Below are positions 19,278 to 28,784 of a stretch of 64,000 bases of DNA, in pieces. The translations under genes and the position numbers were made by a program. Source of the stretch: Anaerovoracaceae bacterium (GTDB lineage: Bacteria; Bacillota; Clostridia; Peptostreptococcales; Anaerovoracaceae). Positions within the stretch are counted from its first letter, which is position 1, and each line of letters opens with the position of its first letter. The notes beneath the pieces are model-generated. The model was not told the origin of the DNA. It saw only the letters and a list, made by a program, of their open reading frames with translations, and ran no database searches. Location: NCBI GenBank assembly GCA_963665645.2, contig CAXXQN010000010.1:42683-106682 (forward strand), read 5' to 3'.

Positions 19278-20396
19278 GTGAGTTCGAAGTTTACCATCAA
19301 GCAAATATTTCAAGATCACTGGCCCGCATTCCTCTCTTCCAATCCAAGCATTCGTCCTATCGTCAAGGATGAAGTTGAAAAAATGCTTAATTGCGGTGAT
19401 TTGAAAAAGGGCTATGGTCTCTACTACTGTCATCACTGCAATCGATTCCATTATGTGCCTTTTCGCTGCAAATCCCGCTTCTGCAATACCTGCGGCACCG
19501 CCTATCAGGCAGATCGTGCCGATTCCATATCTGCAAAGCTGATTAACTGCCGCCACAGGCATATTGTTTTTACGATCCCTCAAGAGCTTCGTGAGCTTTT
19601 TAGAAAAAACCGCGCCCTTTTGGATCTTCTTTTTAAGGCTGCTGCTCAAACGATTACCAACTGGTTTTACAATCAGAATCATAAGGAATCCTTTACTCCC
19701 GGTATAGTCTGTTCCCTTCATACCTTCGGTCGCGATCTCAAGTGGAATCCACATATCCATATGATTGTATCCGAAGGTGCCTGCGGCCTGCTTACTCCTT
19801 GGAAAGCATTCAACTTTTTCCCTTATGTGATGCTGCGGAAAAAATGGCAGACTACCTTGCTTTATCACCTTGAGCGACACTTCGGTAATGATTCGTTCAA
19901 ATTCCTGAAAAACAAAATGTATTCCAACAACAAGGACGGTTTCTATGTCCACGCTCCCAAATCTGATTTTAACTCTCCCAAAACCGTCGCTAATTACATC
20001 ACCAGATATATCGGAAGGCCTGCCTTGGCTCAATCACGTATTACGAATTACGATGGGCAAAACATCTCTTTTTGGTACAACCGCCATGAAGATGAACAAC
20101 GTCAGGACGAAACCATCCCTGCTTTTGAATTCATCGAAAGGCTTATCATTCACATTCATGAAAAGTATTTCAACACGTTGCGCTATTACGGTCTCTATGC
20201 GAAAAAGCATAAGTTTGCCGATAGGCTTGTTTTCCTTCTTTCAAGACATTCTGCGAAAGCCCGCCTCTTGTGCAGAAATTGGGCTTTCCGAATCGAACTA
20301 TCCTTTGGCTATGATCCCACTAGATGCTCTTGTGGAAACTATATGGAATTTCTCGGCGTTTTCCGGCCTGGTGATGTTGCCTTTATGCCCCCTTGA
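19278..20396 (+). CDS. IS91-family Y2 HUH transposase, copy 3 (one Asp to Gly change)
   Basis: HFDNDSF becomes HFGNDSF through the G at 19885. Confidence 0.85.
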   Translation: MSSKFTIKQIFQDHWPAFLSSNPSIRPIVKDEVEKMLNCGDLKKGYGLYYCHHCNRFHYVPFRCKSRFCNTCGTAYQADRADSISAKLINCRHRHIVFTIPQELRELFRKNRALLDLLFKAAAQTITNWFYNQNHKESFTPGIVCSLHTFGRDLKWNPHIHMIVSEGACGLLTPWKAFNFFPYVMLRKKWQTTLLYHLERHFGNDSFKFLKNKMYSNNKDGFYVHAPKSDFNSPKTVANYITRYIGRPALAQSRITNYDGQNISFWYNRHEDEQRQDETIPAFEFIERLIIHIHEKYFNTLRYYGLYAKKHKFADRLVFLLSRHSAKARLLCRNWAFRIELSFGYDPTRCSCGNYMEFLGVFRPGDVAFMPP

Positions 20397-20429
20397 TGTG
20401 TATAATGGTGCCATTGGAGGTACTGCAAA

Positions 20430-20702
20430 ATGACTAAGCATATTTATATGAAAAAATCTGAATACAATCGAATCACCGCCGAGAAACTACGCACTAAATA
20501 TATGAAGAATCCGCCTGAAGGATATACAAAATCAGAAATCAAATCGATGTCGGATGATTCCATCCTTGACATGGACTATTTTCTTCACGAAGAGTCCTAC
20601 GACTTTTACGATGATGATTTCCCCGCTGAAGAGCCTGATGAAATCATCCATCTTATCGATGATTTACCTAAAGATCCTGTGGATGAGGATATTCCTTGGT
20701 AA
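20430..20702 (+). CDS. 90-aa acidic hypothetical protein, copy 3
   Basis: Translation identical to copy 1. Confidence 0.55.
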   Translation: MTKHIYMKKSEYNRITAEKLRTKYMKNPPEGYTKSEIKSMSDDSILDMDYFLHEESYDFYDDDFPAEEPDEIIHLIDDLPKDPVDEDIPW

Positions 20703-20803
20703 TCAGGTTCTGTTTTCTTATGCGCTTCTTTCCCTTGAGGCCTTTTGGGGCCTCTATTTTTATTCCTGGTTTTGAACGATATTTCCTACTGAATAAAAAA
20801 AGT

Positions 20804-20927
20804 GGAAATGACGGAATCGAAGCTTCCTATTTCCACATGTCGCCGCAAGGGCGACAACGACCAAGGAGCTTTCTTTGATACTCCGTCAATATCGCTGAGA
20901 GCGAAATTTCCTACGTAATAAAAAGAG
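20804..20927 (-). repeat. hairpin-rich intergenic repeat, copy A2
   Basis: Same three-hairpin layout as A1. Abuts the hpf terminator on one side and the last IS junction on the other. Confidence 0.75.
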
Positions 20928-20951
20928 AGACGGTTTTTTTAAGCCGTCTCT
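20920..20951 (-). terminator. intrinsic terminator of hpf
   Basis: On the minus strand, AGAGACGG-n9-CCGTCTCT followed by CTTTTT. Confidence 0.7.
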
Positions 20952-20968
20952 AATAATCTATCTATCGA

Positions 20969-21499
20969 TTAATATTGTGTCTCCAATATACCATAATCAT
21001 TATTTTTTCTTTTATAAACGACGTTTACCGCATCGCTTTCCATGTTGAGAAACACAAAGAAACTATGTTCCAAAAGTTCCATTTGCATAATTGCCTCGTC
21101 GACAGACATCGGCATCAATTCAAACTTCTTTCTTCTCACAACGCTCATTTCTTCTAATTCCTCACCAGCAACCTCAGGAATGTTTTTAAATAACAATTCC
21201 TTATGGTCTTTATGTTTTCGTTGGAGCTTGGTCTTAAATCTCGACATTTGAGAAGATAATTTTTCAACAACCCTGTCCACACCATTGTAAGCATCATTTG
21301 TAGTTTCTTCAGCCCTAAAGATAGTCCCGTTCGCATTGATCGTTGCTTCTATCTTTTGCCTGCCCTTCTCAGTGGATAAGGTGATGTTGGCCACGATATC
21401 ATTAGAGAAATACTTTCCCAGTCGATCCAATTTGGATTCGATGGTTTCTTTCAGATGGTCACTGGCATTCATGTTTTTGCTTGTAATGATAACTTTCAT
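20969..21499 (-). CDS. hpf: ribosome hibernation promoting factor (long form)
   Basis: 176 aa. N-terminal RaiA/HPF fold (MKVIITSKNM...LKETIESKL) and a C-terminal dimerisation domain. Confidence 0.9.
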   Translation of the reverse strand: MKVIITSKNMNASDHLKETIESKLDRLGKYFSNDIVANITLSTEKGRQKIEATINANGTIFRAEETTNDAYNGVDRVVEKLSSQMSRFKTKLQRKHKDHKELLFKNIPEVAGEELEEMSVVRRKKFELMPMSVDEAIMQMELLEHSFFVFLNMESDAVNVVYKRKNNDYGILETQY

Positions 21500-21687
21500 T
21501 TAGTGCACCCCCTATAGCATTCAGATAAGATTTATCTTAATATTGTATACTACAACACCCATACCATTCCTTTTTTCCTGCTTAAGCATTTATTCAAAGA
21601 ACATGCATCGACAATATATTCCATCATTTACAATTCAAAATGCGCTGTTTTCAGCAGTTTATAATTTCTATTACAGCCTGTTGATAT

Positions 21688-21696
21688 TGTGGATAA
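21688..21696 (-). promoter_or_regulatory. perfect DnaA box (TTATCCACA on the minus strand)
   Basis: TGTGGATAA on the plus strand. A one-mismatch box, TGTGTATAA, follows at 21700-21708. Confidence 0.5.
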
Positions 21697-21894
21697 GTCT
21701 GTGTATAATTGAAAATTCAAGACTTTTACAGTGGATATTTTTTCGCCATCAAGTATACATTTACATACAGTTTATAAACACTATATCGATTTACCCTCCC
21801 ATCTTTCAGCAAATACGCAGCTTATAAATATTCATCAATTCCCCTTCCCTTTCTTTGTCTATTTTTTGCGCCTTCGAATTGGTTATTGACGAGT

Positions 21895-21903
21895 TGTGGA
21901 TAA
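21895..21903 (-). promoter_or_regulatory. perfect DnaA box (TTATCCACA on the minus strand)
   Basis: TGTGGATAA on the plus strand, in the same orientation as the box at 21688. Confidence 0.5.
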
Positions 21904-21946
21904 ACTTTGTCGAATTTATGGGTTACTTTGCAGATACAAATTAGAT

Positions 21947-22120
21947 ACTAGAGCCGCCTAGCTGACCTGATCTTTGCCCCCACACCTGCCTTTTGATTTT
22001 TATCAAAGGACTTACATCTAAGCTACGCCATGATCACTGCCGCCTTGCGGTCCAGCTTACGTGGGTCCTTTTGCCCGTAACTGGCATGGACTTTCAATCA
22101 CAGACCTAAGCAGCTCTAGT
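21947..22120 (-). ncRNA. structured ncRNA candidate, probably raiA-motif RNA
   Basis: A 15-bp closing helix joins 22120-22106 to 21961-21947. It has two G-U pairs on the minus strand that would be C-A mismatches on the plus strand. GC-rich interior inside an AT-rich spacer. Lies between comFC and hpf. A possible TTGTGT-18-TATATA promoter is at 22160-22131. Confidence 0.5.
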
Positions 22121-22212
22121 ATTTAATCTGTATATACCCTTTTATGCTTTTATTACACAATATTCTTCAAATCGACACACAAGCGGATTGTTTCCGCTAT
22201 ATATTGCTGATT

Positions 22213-22989
22213 TTAATTGCAAGAATCCAATTCGTTTTCTCCTTTCAGAAGGTTTGCTCCTGCCGCAAAAGTAAAAAGAAACACACGCCCGGCACCCGCT
22301 TTCAGCAATACCATGGAGCAGGCATCCGCCGTACTTCCGGTTGTAAAAATGTCATCAATCAAAAGAATAACCTTTCCTTTTAGTATCCTTTTACCCTTTG
22401 CCGAAACAACGAAGGCTTCCTGAATATTTCTTCTTCTTTCCGCAGCACCAAGGCCACTCATTGCTGCTGTTTCCACCACACGGTTCAACAGGTTCCCTGC
22501 ATACGGTCGCTCCATGAATTCCGCAAGACTTTTCGCAAGCACCGCCGCCTGATTATATCCTCTAGTTTTTTTCTTGCTTGCAAACATCGGTACCGGAATA
22601 ATAAAATCCGGTTTTAGCTCTTCCACTCGAATTCTATCAAACATAATCTCTGCAAGTTTTCGCCCCAGATATGCTTTATCTTTATATTTAAACTGATGTA
22701 GGATTTCTCTCTCCATTGATCCATACTCTACACAGGCATAGCCTTTCTCAAATGCATGCTCCGTATTCAAACAGTCAGAACACAGCTCTAATTCGTAACA
22801 ATCTTGAAGAATCTTTCCGCAGCGGCTGCAGGTTCGTCCATTTGCCCACTTTAACATACGAACACAGGCATCACACAGGGCATAGGGTCTGCTGTCATCA
22901 ATAATATTCCCGCAACTGATGCAATATATGTTTGATGGATAAATTAAATCGAGAAATCCTTCTCTTAAAAATGACAAAATCCGCCTCAT
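22213..22989 (-). CDS. comFC: ComF family protein (phosphoribosyltransferase-like)
   Basis: N-terminal Cys-rich Zn finger and PRTase motif VILLIDDIFTTGST. Confidence 0.8.
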   Translation of the reverse strand: MRRILSFLREGFLDLIYPSNIYCISCGNIIDDSRPYALCDACVRMLKWANGRTCSRCGKILQDCYELELCSDCLNTEHAFEKGYACVEYGSMEREILHQFKYKDKAYLGRKLAEIMFDRIRVEELKPDFIIPVPMFASKKKTRGYNQAAVLAKSLAEFMERPYAGNLLNRVVETAAMSGLGAAERRRNIQEAFVVSAKGKRILKGKVILLIDDIFTTGSTADACSMVLLKAGAGRVFLFTFAAGANLLKGENELDSCN

Positions 22990-25205
22990 AGCCGTCCTTC
23001 CTTGAGAAATGCCTTCAACCGCACCGACAGTCCCGAATAGCGTTCGGTAATCCTGTTATTGTTAACCATTGCATACATCTTATTCTCAGAACCCACAAGA
23101 ATCACGGCTTTTTTTCCGCGGGTGACCGCAGTATATAACAGGTTTCTTGTAGCCAACATAGGAGGGAACCAGGAGATTGGCATAATCACAATAGGAAATT
23201 CACTTCCCTGGCTCTTATGAACCGTAACAGCATAAGCGAGTTCTATTTCATCAAGTCCAGAGAAATCATATTTTACATAACGATTATCATCATAAACAAC
23301 AGTAATCTCATTAAATTCTTTGTCAATCGTCTGGATGTAGCCGACATCTCCATTAAAGACTCCCTGTCCTTCCGTAAAATCCTCCAGCCGTTTCCATTCC
23401 AGCTGATAATTGTTTTTGATTTGCATCACCTTATCGCCTTCCCGGAAGATTCGATCTCCAAACGTCTTTTCTTCCAAATCAGCAGAAGAAGGATTCAATA
23501 CTTTCTGAAGTTCCTTATTCAAATTGATGCTGCCCAGAAGTCCCTTTCGCACCGGTGTAAGAACCTGCATGTCACGAATCGCATCGCACCCCTGATAATA
23601 CTCAGGCAGTCGTTTCACGCAAAGAGATTTCATGGTTTCCAGCATTTCCTTCTCACTCTTTTTACGAAGGAGAAAGAAATCCTTGTCTTTTTCATTACAG
23701 CAGGGGTATTCTCCTTTGTTGATTTTATGGGCATTGACCACAATCAGGCTTTCCTTTGCCTGCCTAAAAATTTCCGTCAACTTAACAGAATAAATCACTT
23801 CGCTGAAGATCATATCCCGCAGTACATTTCCAGCGCCGACCGACGGAAGTTGATCTGCATCCCCCACGACAATGAGCCGGGTTCCCGGTTTGATTGCATT
23901 CACAAGTCCATTCATCAGTAGGATATCGATCATGGATGCTTCATCAATGATGATCGCATCATATTGGAGCGGATCCTCGCTGGTTTTTCCAAAGCACATG
24001 GCATCCTCTCCTTCAGAGTAATAATATTCCAGCAGGCGGTGAATCGTTGAGGCTTCATATCCAGAGGTCTCTGTGATTCGCTTTGCTGCTCTGCCAGTGG
24101 GTGCTGCAATGGCTGTAGTAAATCCGCTGTGATCCAGTATTTTCATAATCGTATTAATAATCGTCGTCTTCCCTGTACCAGGGCCTCCGGTTATTACAGA
24201 TACGCCGTTTTGCAGGGATGCTTTGACTGCATATTTTTGGTTATCCGAAAGCCGAATTGTGGTTTCATGTTCCGTTGCCGTAATGAGCTGATCTACATTG
24301 GCGCTAATCTGTTTTAGCCCTGCCTGGTTCAAAGCAATCAAACATCTGCAAACATTCTGCTCTGCAACAAAATAAGGCATAGAAAAGATTACCGCCCTGC
24401 CTTCCAGGTTCTCAATATGTATCTCCCCCTCAAATGCAAGCTGAATCAGCATTTCATAAATCTTCTCAGATCCTGTCTCCAGCATTTCTGCTGTGTTTTC
24501 ACAAAAGATTTTTTGCGGTACATAAGTATGTCCTTCATTCACATAAATCCACAGTGCATATTTGATGCCGCTCTGAATCCGGTAGTCCGAACCTTTATCA
24601 ACACCCATCTTCTCAGCGATTTTATCCGCTTTCTTAAACCCAATGCCAAAAACATCGTCCACAAGCTGGTACGGATTTTCCGTCACCGCCTGGATGGTGT
24701 CAGGACCATAGATCTTATAAAGTTTCATCACATAGGCAGGGGAGATTCCAAACTGCTGAAAGTATAAGGTGATTTCAGCAAATTCCTTATGAACATGAAA
24801 CGCTTCGGATATGGAAGCCGCCTTTTTTTCTCCAATACCGTCAACCTCCGTAAGCCGCCCAGGCTCCTTTTCAATTACAGCAAACGTATCGGCTCCGAAT
24901 TTTCTTACGATGGTGGCCGCTGTTTTTTTTCCGATCCCCTTAAGCACACCGGAGGAAAGAAAGCCCTCAATCCCTTCCAGAGTATTGGGCATTTCCTCTT
25001 GATATTCAGAAAAGCTAAACTGTTCTCCAAAAGTAGGATGATTTTTCCACACACCCCGGAAACTGTATGCCCTGCCTCGGTCTGCTGCGGGCAAACATCC
25101 GACTACAGTAAACTGTTCCTCTTCATTTTCAACGATTGCTATGGTATAGTAATTATCCTTATTGTAAAATATTACTTCTGCAATTGTTCCTTGTAGTTCT
25201 ATCAT
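22986..25205 (-). CDS. recD2: SF1B ATP-dependent RecD-like DNA helicase
   Basis: 739 aa. Walker A GGPGTGKTT, IIDEASM, and a C-terminal VTVHKSQGSE motif. Confidence 0.9.
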   Translation of the reverse strand: MIELQGTIAEVIFYNKDNYYTIAIVENEEEQFTVVGCLPAADRGRAYSFRGVWKNHPTFGEQFSFSEYQEEMPNTLEGIEGFLSSGVLKGIGKKTAATIVRKFGADTFAVIEKEPGRLTEVDGIGEKKAASISEAFHVHKEFAEITLYFQQFGISPAYVMKLYKIYGPDTIQAVTENPYQLVDDVFGIGFKKADKIAEKMGVDKGSDYRIQSGIKYALWIYVNEGHTYVPQKIFCENTAEMLETGSEKIYEMLIQLAFEGEIHIENLEGRAVIFSMPYFVAEQNVCRCLIALNQAGLKQISANVDQLITATEHETTIRLSDNQKYAVKASLQNGVSVITGGPGTGKTTIINTIMKILDHSGFTTAIAAPTGRAAKRITETSGYEASTIHRLLEYYYSEGEDAMCFGKTSEDPLQYDAIIIDEASMIDILLMNGLVNAIKPGTRLIVVGDADQLPSVGAGNVLRDMIFSEVIYSVKLTEIFRQAKESLIVVNAHKINKGEYPCCNEKDKDFFLLRKKSEKEMLETMKSLCVKRLPEYYQGCDAIRDMQVLTPVRKGLLGSINLNKELQKVLNPSSADLEEKTFGDRIFREGDKVMQIKNNYQLEWKRLEDFTEGQGVFNGDVGYIQTIDKEFNEITVVYDDNRYVKYDFSGLDEIELAYAVTVHKSQGSEFPIVIMPISWFPPMLATRNLLYTAVTRGKKAVILVGSENKMYAMVNNNRITERYSGLSVRLKAFLKEGRL

Positions 25206-25260
25206 TTTGTCCCTTTCAGGTTGCTAAGGAATTGATCTTTTAAAAAAGCAGAGGGCGAAT

Positions 25261-26520
25261 TCAATTAGATTTCTTAAAATCCCCGGCCATTTGAAGCAGT
25301 ACTCTTTTTTTATTATTCTGTGGGTTTTGATGAACGATATCAAGCAGGCGTTTCAGCGTTATACCTAAATCAATTCCCTCTTGAATACCGATCGTCTTCA
25401 AATCATCACCGTTAACGGCCATATCCTCCATGAAAACAGGTTCTTTATTCTTTCGAATGGATTCAAACAGTACAATCTTACTTCTAATATCCGTATCGTC
25501 CAGGTCATAGACTCTGCACTGCTGCTTCGCCAAATCCAGGAGATACTGATAAGAGTCCAGACTGAACTGATTTAAAAACTTCTTCAGCGTAAGCCCATCC
25601 TGTATCCGGCAAAACTCCTCCAGTTCATTGACGGCAAGCTGCAATCTCTTCTTTATTTCGTTAGAATAGTCTAAGATTTGGATCGCTTTTATCGCTCTGT
25701 TTTTTTCAAAACATAAATAAAGCAATGCCAATCTCATGTTCAGGTCATATTCCGTTTGACCCATATTGTCTGCCAACAGGGAAAGCTGTTCCATCTCTGA
25801 TGCCTCAGCATTTTGAAAACAATCCTCTCCCAGAATGTACTTCATAGCCCTGGTTTCGATCAGCAACGTCAAGCCCTTCCCGCCGTTTGGTGCCAGGATG
25901 GTTTTTAAAAATTCCTCACGAATCCGCTCCACACTGATAAACGCAAGTAAGTTTGCTTTTTCCTTCATTGCCTGCAAGGTGCTACTGTCAATTTGAAATC
26001 CAAGCTGTGCCGCAAACCGAAGCCCTCTTAAAATACGAAGGGCATCCTCTTCAAAGCGCAAGCCGGGGTCTCCAATTCCCCGTATCAGCTTCCTTTCAAT
26101 ATCCCTTCGCCCATTGTAAGGATCTACCACACCTCTTTCAGGATTTACTGCAATGGCATTCATGGTGAAATCCCTGCGTTTTAAGTCTTCCTTAATATCC
26201 TGCGTAAAAATTACCGTTTCCGGACGCCGGTAATCCCGGTACTCCCCATCGATTCGAAAAGCCGCAATATCCGCCGTAACCTCTCCTTCGGTAATTCTTA
26301 TGACACCAAGCTTTCTATTGACAATAGCAGCATCAGGAAAAATCACTCTAATCATTTCCCTTGGGACATTGCTGGTCAAATCCCAATCTTCGGGATGCTT
26401 TCCAAGCAGAGAATCTCGAACACACCCGCCTACTGCGTAGGCTTCAAAACCCGCATCCTCTATGATTTTTATCATACGAACGATTTCTACAGGAAATTTA
26501 ATCATCTTCCACTCCGGCAA
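25261..26520 (-). CDS. cca: CCA tRNA nucleotidyltransferase
   Basis: GGCVRDSLLG motif and a polyA-polymerase head domain. Exact start uncertain (several N-terminal Met). Confidence 0.8.
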   Translation of the reverse strand: MPEWKMIKFPVEIVRMIKIIEDAGFEAYAVGGCVRDSLLGKHPEDWDLTSNVPREMIRVIFPDAAIVNRKLGVIRITEGEVTADIAAFRIDGEYRDYRRPETVIFTQDIKEDLKRRDFTMNAIAVNPERGVVDPYNGRRDIERKLIRGIGDPGLRFEEDALRILRGLRFAAQLGFQIDSSTLQAMKEKANLLAFISVERIREEFLKTILAPNGGKGLTLLIETRAMKYILGEDCFQNAEASEMEQLSLLADNMGQTEYDLNMRLALLYLCFEKNRAIKAIQILDYSNEIKKRLQLAVNELEEFCRIQDGLTLKKFLNQFSLDSYQYLLDLAKQQCRVYDLDDTDIRSKIVLFESIRKNKEPVFMEDMAVNGDDLKTIGIQEGIDLGITLKRLLDIVHQNPQNNKKRVLLQMAGDFKKSN

Positions 26521-26587
26521 TTATAAACATTTAAGCCATCCTTATTATCAAGCGAACCATCGTTTCACGCTTGCTTTGCATCACTTT

Positions 26588-27550
26588 TTAAAATGTCTGC
26601 GGTTTATAAAGTCTTCTATTGTCCAGTGTCCAAACCCGATCGGAGAATTCGCCGGGGAAAGTCGCATCAAGTGCCTCCTGCATGTCATACATACGCGCAT
26701 CAACCATATCCAAATAGTGAAGAATTTCCGCTTCCGGGAAAAGCGGTTTTTTCGGACTTCCAAAATCCGGCTCATAATGGTGAGAAAGGATCATATGTTC
26801 CAGCATAATGGTCTTTTCCTTGCCGATGCTAATTTCCTCCGCCAGTCTGTCAATGCTCTTGATCCCCTGAACCAAATGACCCAGAAGCTGACCTTCAAAG
26901 GAATAGCCCGTTGATACTCCCAGTGTATCTGCCTCAATTTCATTCAGCTTCTCTATGTCATGAATGATCACCCCTGTGGTTACGAGGTCTTTGTTCAGAT
27001 TGAGATAAACTTCACAGATTCTTTCTGCAGTCATGAGCATTCTTTTCATATGGTAAAGCAGCCCTGCCAACTCAGCGTGGTGGTTTTTCGCTGCAGCCGG
27101 ATAATACATCAGTCTTTCCTTATGATCTGTCAGAATACGAAGACAAAGCTTGCGCAGTTCCTGGTCGTCCATCGCATCAGCTTTTTCCCAGATAAACCGG
27201 TACATGTCTTCTGCCCGCTCCGGTGCCGCTTTAATAAACTCCATGAGCTCCATATCGTCTTCTGGCACTGCCTTCCGAAGCTTTAAAACTCGGATCTGGC
27301 GCATCCCGTTCCATTCCGTTACAATACCCTTTATTTTGACGATGTCTCCATTTTTGATTTCGTTCAATGACGGCAGTTCCGTATCGGGTATATCCCATTT
27401 TTTTGCTGTAAGTTCCCCAGTTTTATCGCACAGCAGCATATCCAGATATTGCTTTTTATTGGACCCTATTTTTATCGCTATGGTTTTCACCATAAAAAAT
27501 TCTTGTATCTCATCATCCGTTCGCAGTTGACCTATGTAATATTCCTTCAC
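26588..27550 (-). CDS. yhaM: 3'-5' exoribonuclease YhaM-like (OB fold plus HD domain)
   Basis: N-terminal OB fold and an HD domain (IIHDIEK). Confidence 0.75.
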   Translation of the reverse strand: MKEYYIGQLRTDDEIQEFFMVKTIAIKIGSNKKQYLDMLLCDKTGELTAKKWDIPDTELPSLNEIKNGDIVKIKGIVTEWNGMRQIRVLKLRKAVPEDDMELMEFIKAAPERAEDMYRFIWEKADAMDDQELRKLCLRILTDHKERLMYYPAAAKNHHAELAGLLYHMKRMLMTAERICEVYLNLNKDLVTTGVIIHDIEKLNEIEADTLGVSTGYSFEGQLLGHLVQGIKSIDRLAEEISIGKEKTIMLEHMILSHHYEPDFGSPKKPLFPEAEILHYLDMVDARMYDMQEALDATFPGEFSDRVWTLDNRRLYKPQTF

Positions 27551-27718
27551 GCTTATTCCTCCTTTATACGCGACTTCACATTTGAAAGACCAAAGCTTCC
27601 TAAAAAGAAGTCTTTATCTATTATATACCAGCCTTTGCTCATCTATCAATAAAAAAGTAGCTTCATGGCTTCACCACTTCCACCAGGGGATTGTACCTTA
27701 ATTAAAATTCGTGTTCCT

Positions 27719-28507
27719 CTATACCAAAGCAAAATCCCACATAATTTTTTGATCTTCCTGGTTCAAAATCCAGGTCGCATACTGGTCTGTTTTTCGGGAA
27801 GCCATATCCTTGCCCGCCATTTTCCCCAGATAAAATTTATCATCCTCAGGAAAGGGAACATGGTAGACAACCACAAACTCTGGTTTCAGTATCTCTTCAA
27901 TAATTCGAGTTCCTTCCTTCTGATGATAAAACAGCGGATTTACAAATACTCCTAAAATCTTACGATTTCCAATCAAGCTGCGAAATAATTCGACATTTGG
28001 TTCCGCATCCCCTGTAAAGAGTATGCGATTGGTTCCCAACGTCACGAGCAGGCAATTGTTTTGCACGTCTTGATAGGCTTCCCCCATGTGCTTCACAGGC
28101 AGAACTTCAAGCTCTATTTCATTCATCAATCGTAAAGGGATTCTTTCCTCGACGTGAAACTCTATCTTACACTTTTCCGATTTCTCAGAAAATCCTTTCA
28201 TTTTACCTGTGTCTTTTAGTACCATACCGGAGGGTAAAAGTACATACCTTTCCTTTTGAAATCCGTTGTTCAAAAGTTCCAAAAGTAAATCCGCCGAAAA
28301 ATGATCCTCATGTGCATGCGTAAAAAGAAGACAATCAACATCACTCATTTTCCCGTATCCCGATCGGATTTCACTTAAAATTCGATCCGGGATATTGCTA
28401 AACCCTTCCATTTTGGTATGATAAATGCCATCAATCAATAGTTTCTTTTGATCATATTCCACCAGAATTCCCGCATTTGCTATTAATGTCATTTCTATTT
28501 TCTTCAT
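27719..28507 (-). CDS. MBL-fold metallo-hydrolase
   Basis: HxHxDH motif THAHEDHF. Confidence 0.75.
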   Translation of the reverse strand: MKKIEMTLIANAGILVEYDQKKLLIDGIYHTKMEGFSNIPDRILSEIRSGYGKMSDVDCLLFTHAHEDHFSADLLLELLNNGFQKERYVLLPSGMVLKDTGKMKGFSEKSEKCKIEFHVEERIPLRLMNEIELEVLPVKHMGEAYQDVQNNCLLVTLGTNRILFTGDAEPNVELFRSLIGNRKILGVFVNPLFYHQKEGTRIIEEILKPEFVVVYHVPFPEDDKFYLGKMAGKDMASRKTDQYATWILNQEDQKIMWDFALV

Positions 28508-28784
28508 TATTATTCTTCCATTTCTTAAGATATCAACTATTTAACCATAACTTTTATAATATCATGTCGGATTGTTTTATCAAACAATTTTTCAAAATTT
28601 TGCACTGTCCTGCACTGCAATCTACCACCAATTCATTAATCTTTAATCTGGTTTTTTATTTTATTTTTATTTTTAACAAAATTTGATATAATACAAAGAA
28701 GTAGATAAGAAATCTGAGATTTCTATTCAATAAAGTTTTACTGACACCGCGTCACAGTCAAAATCTCTACAATGGAGGGAAGAA

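Larger units (their letters stand above)
15901..20805 (+). mobile_element. three head-to-tail copies of a 1626-bp IS91-family element (units 15901-17526, 17527-19152, 19153-20778) plus a terminal 27-bp partial repeat
   Basis: ORFs recur at a strict 1626-bp period. Identity starts at 15901 and ends at 20805. One SNP found (16633/18259 A, 19885 G). Unit phase is ambiguous within the shared 27-mer. Confidence 0.85.

Noticed and set aside
15901-20805. Whether the tandem repeats could be a CRISPR array or satellite.
   Set aside because: The period is 1626 bp and each unit encodes a full transposase. There are no short repeat-spacer units anywhere in the window.
21500-22212. Replication origin, because of the DnaA boxes in an AT-rich spacer.
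   Set aside because: There are no dnaA, dnaN or rpmH genes nearby, only 2-3 boxes, and no obvious tandem AT-rich 13-mer-type unwinding repeats. It is treated as a non-origin DnaA-box cluster.
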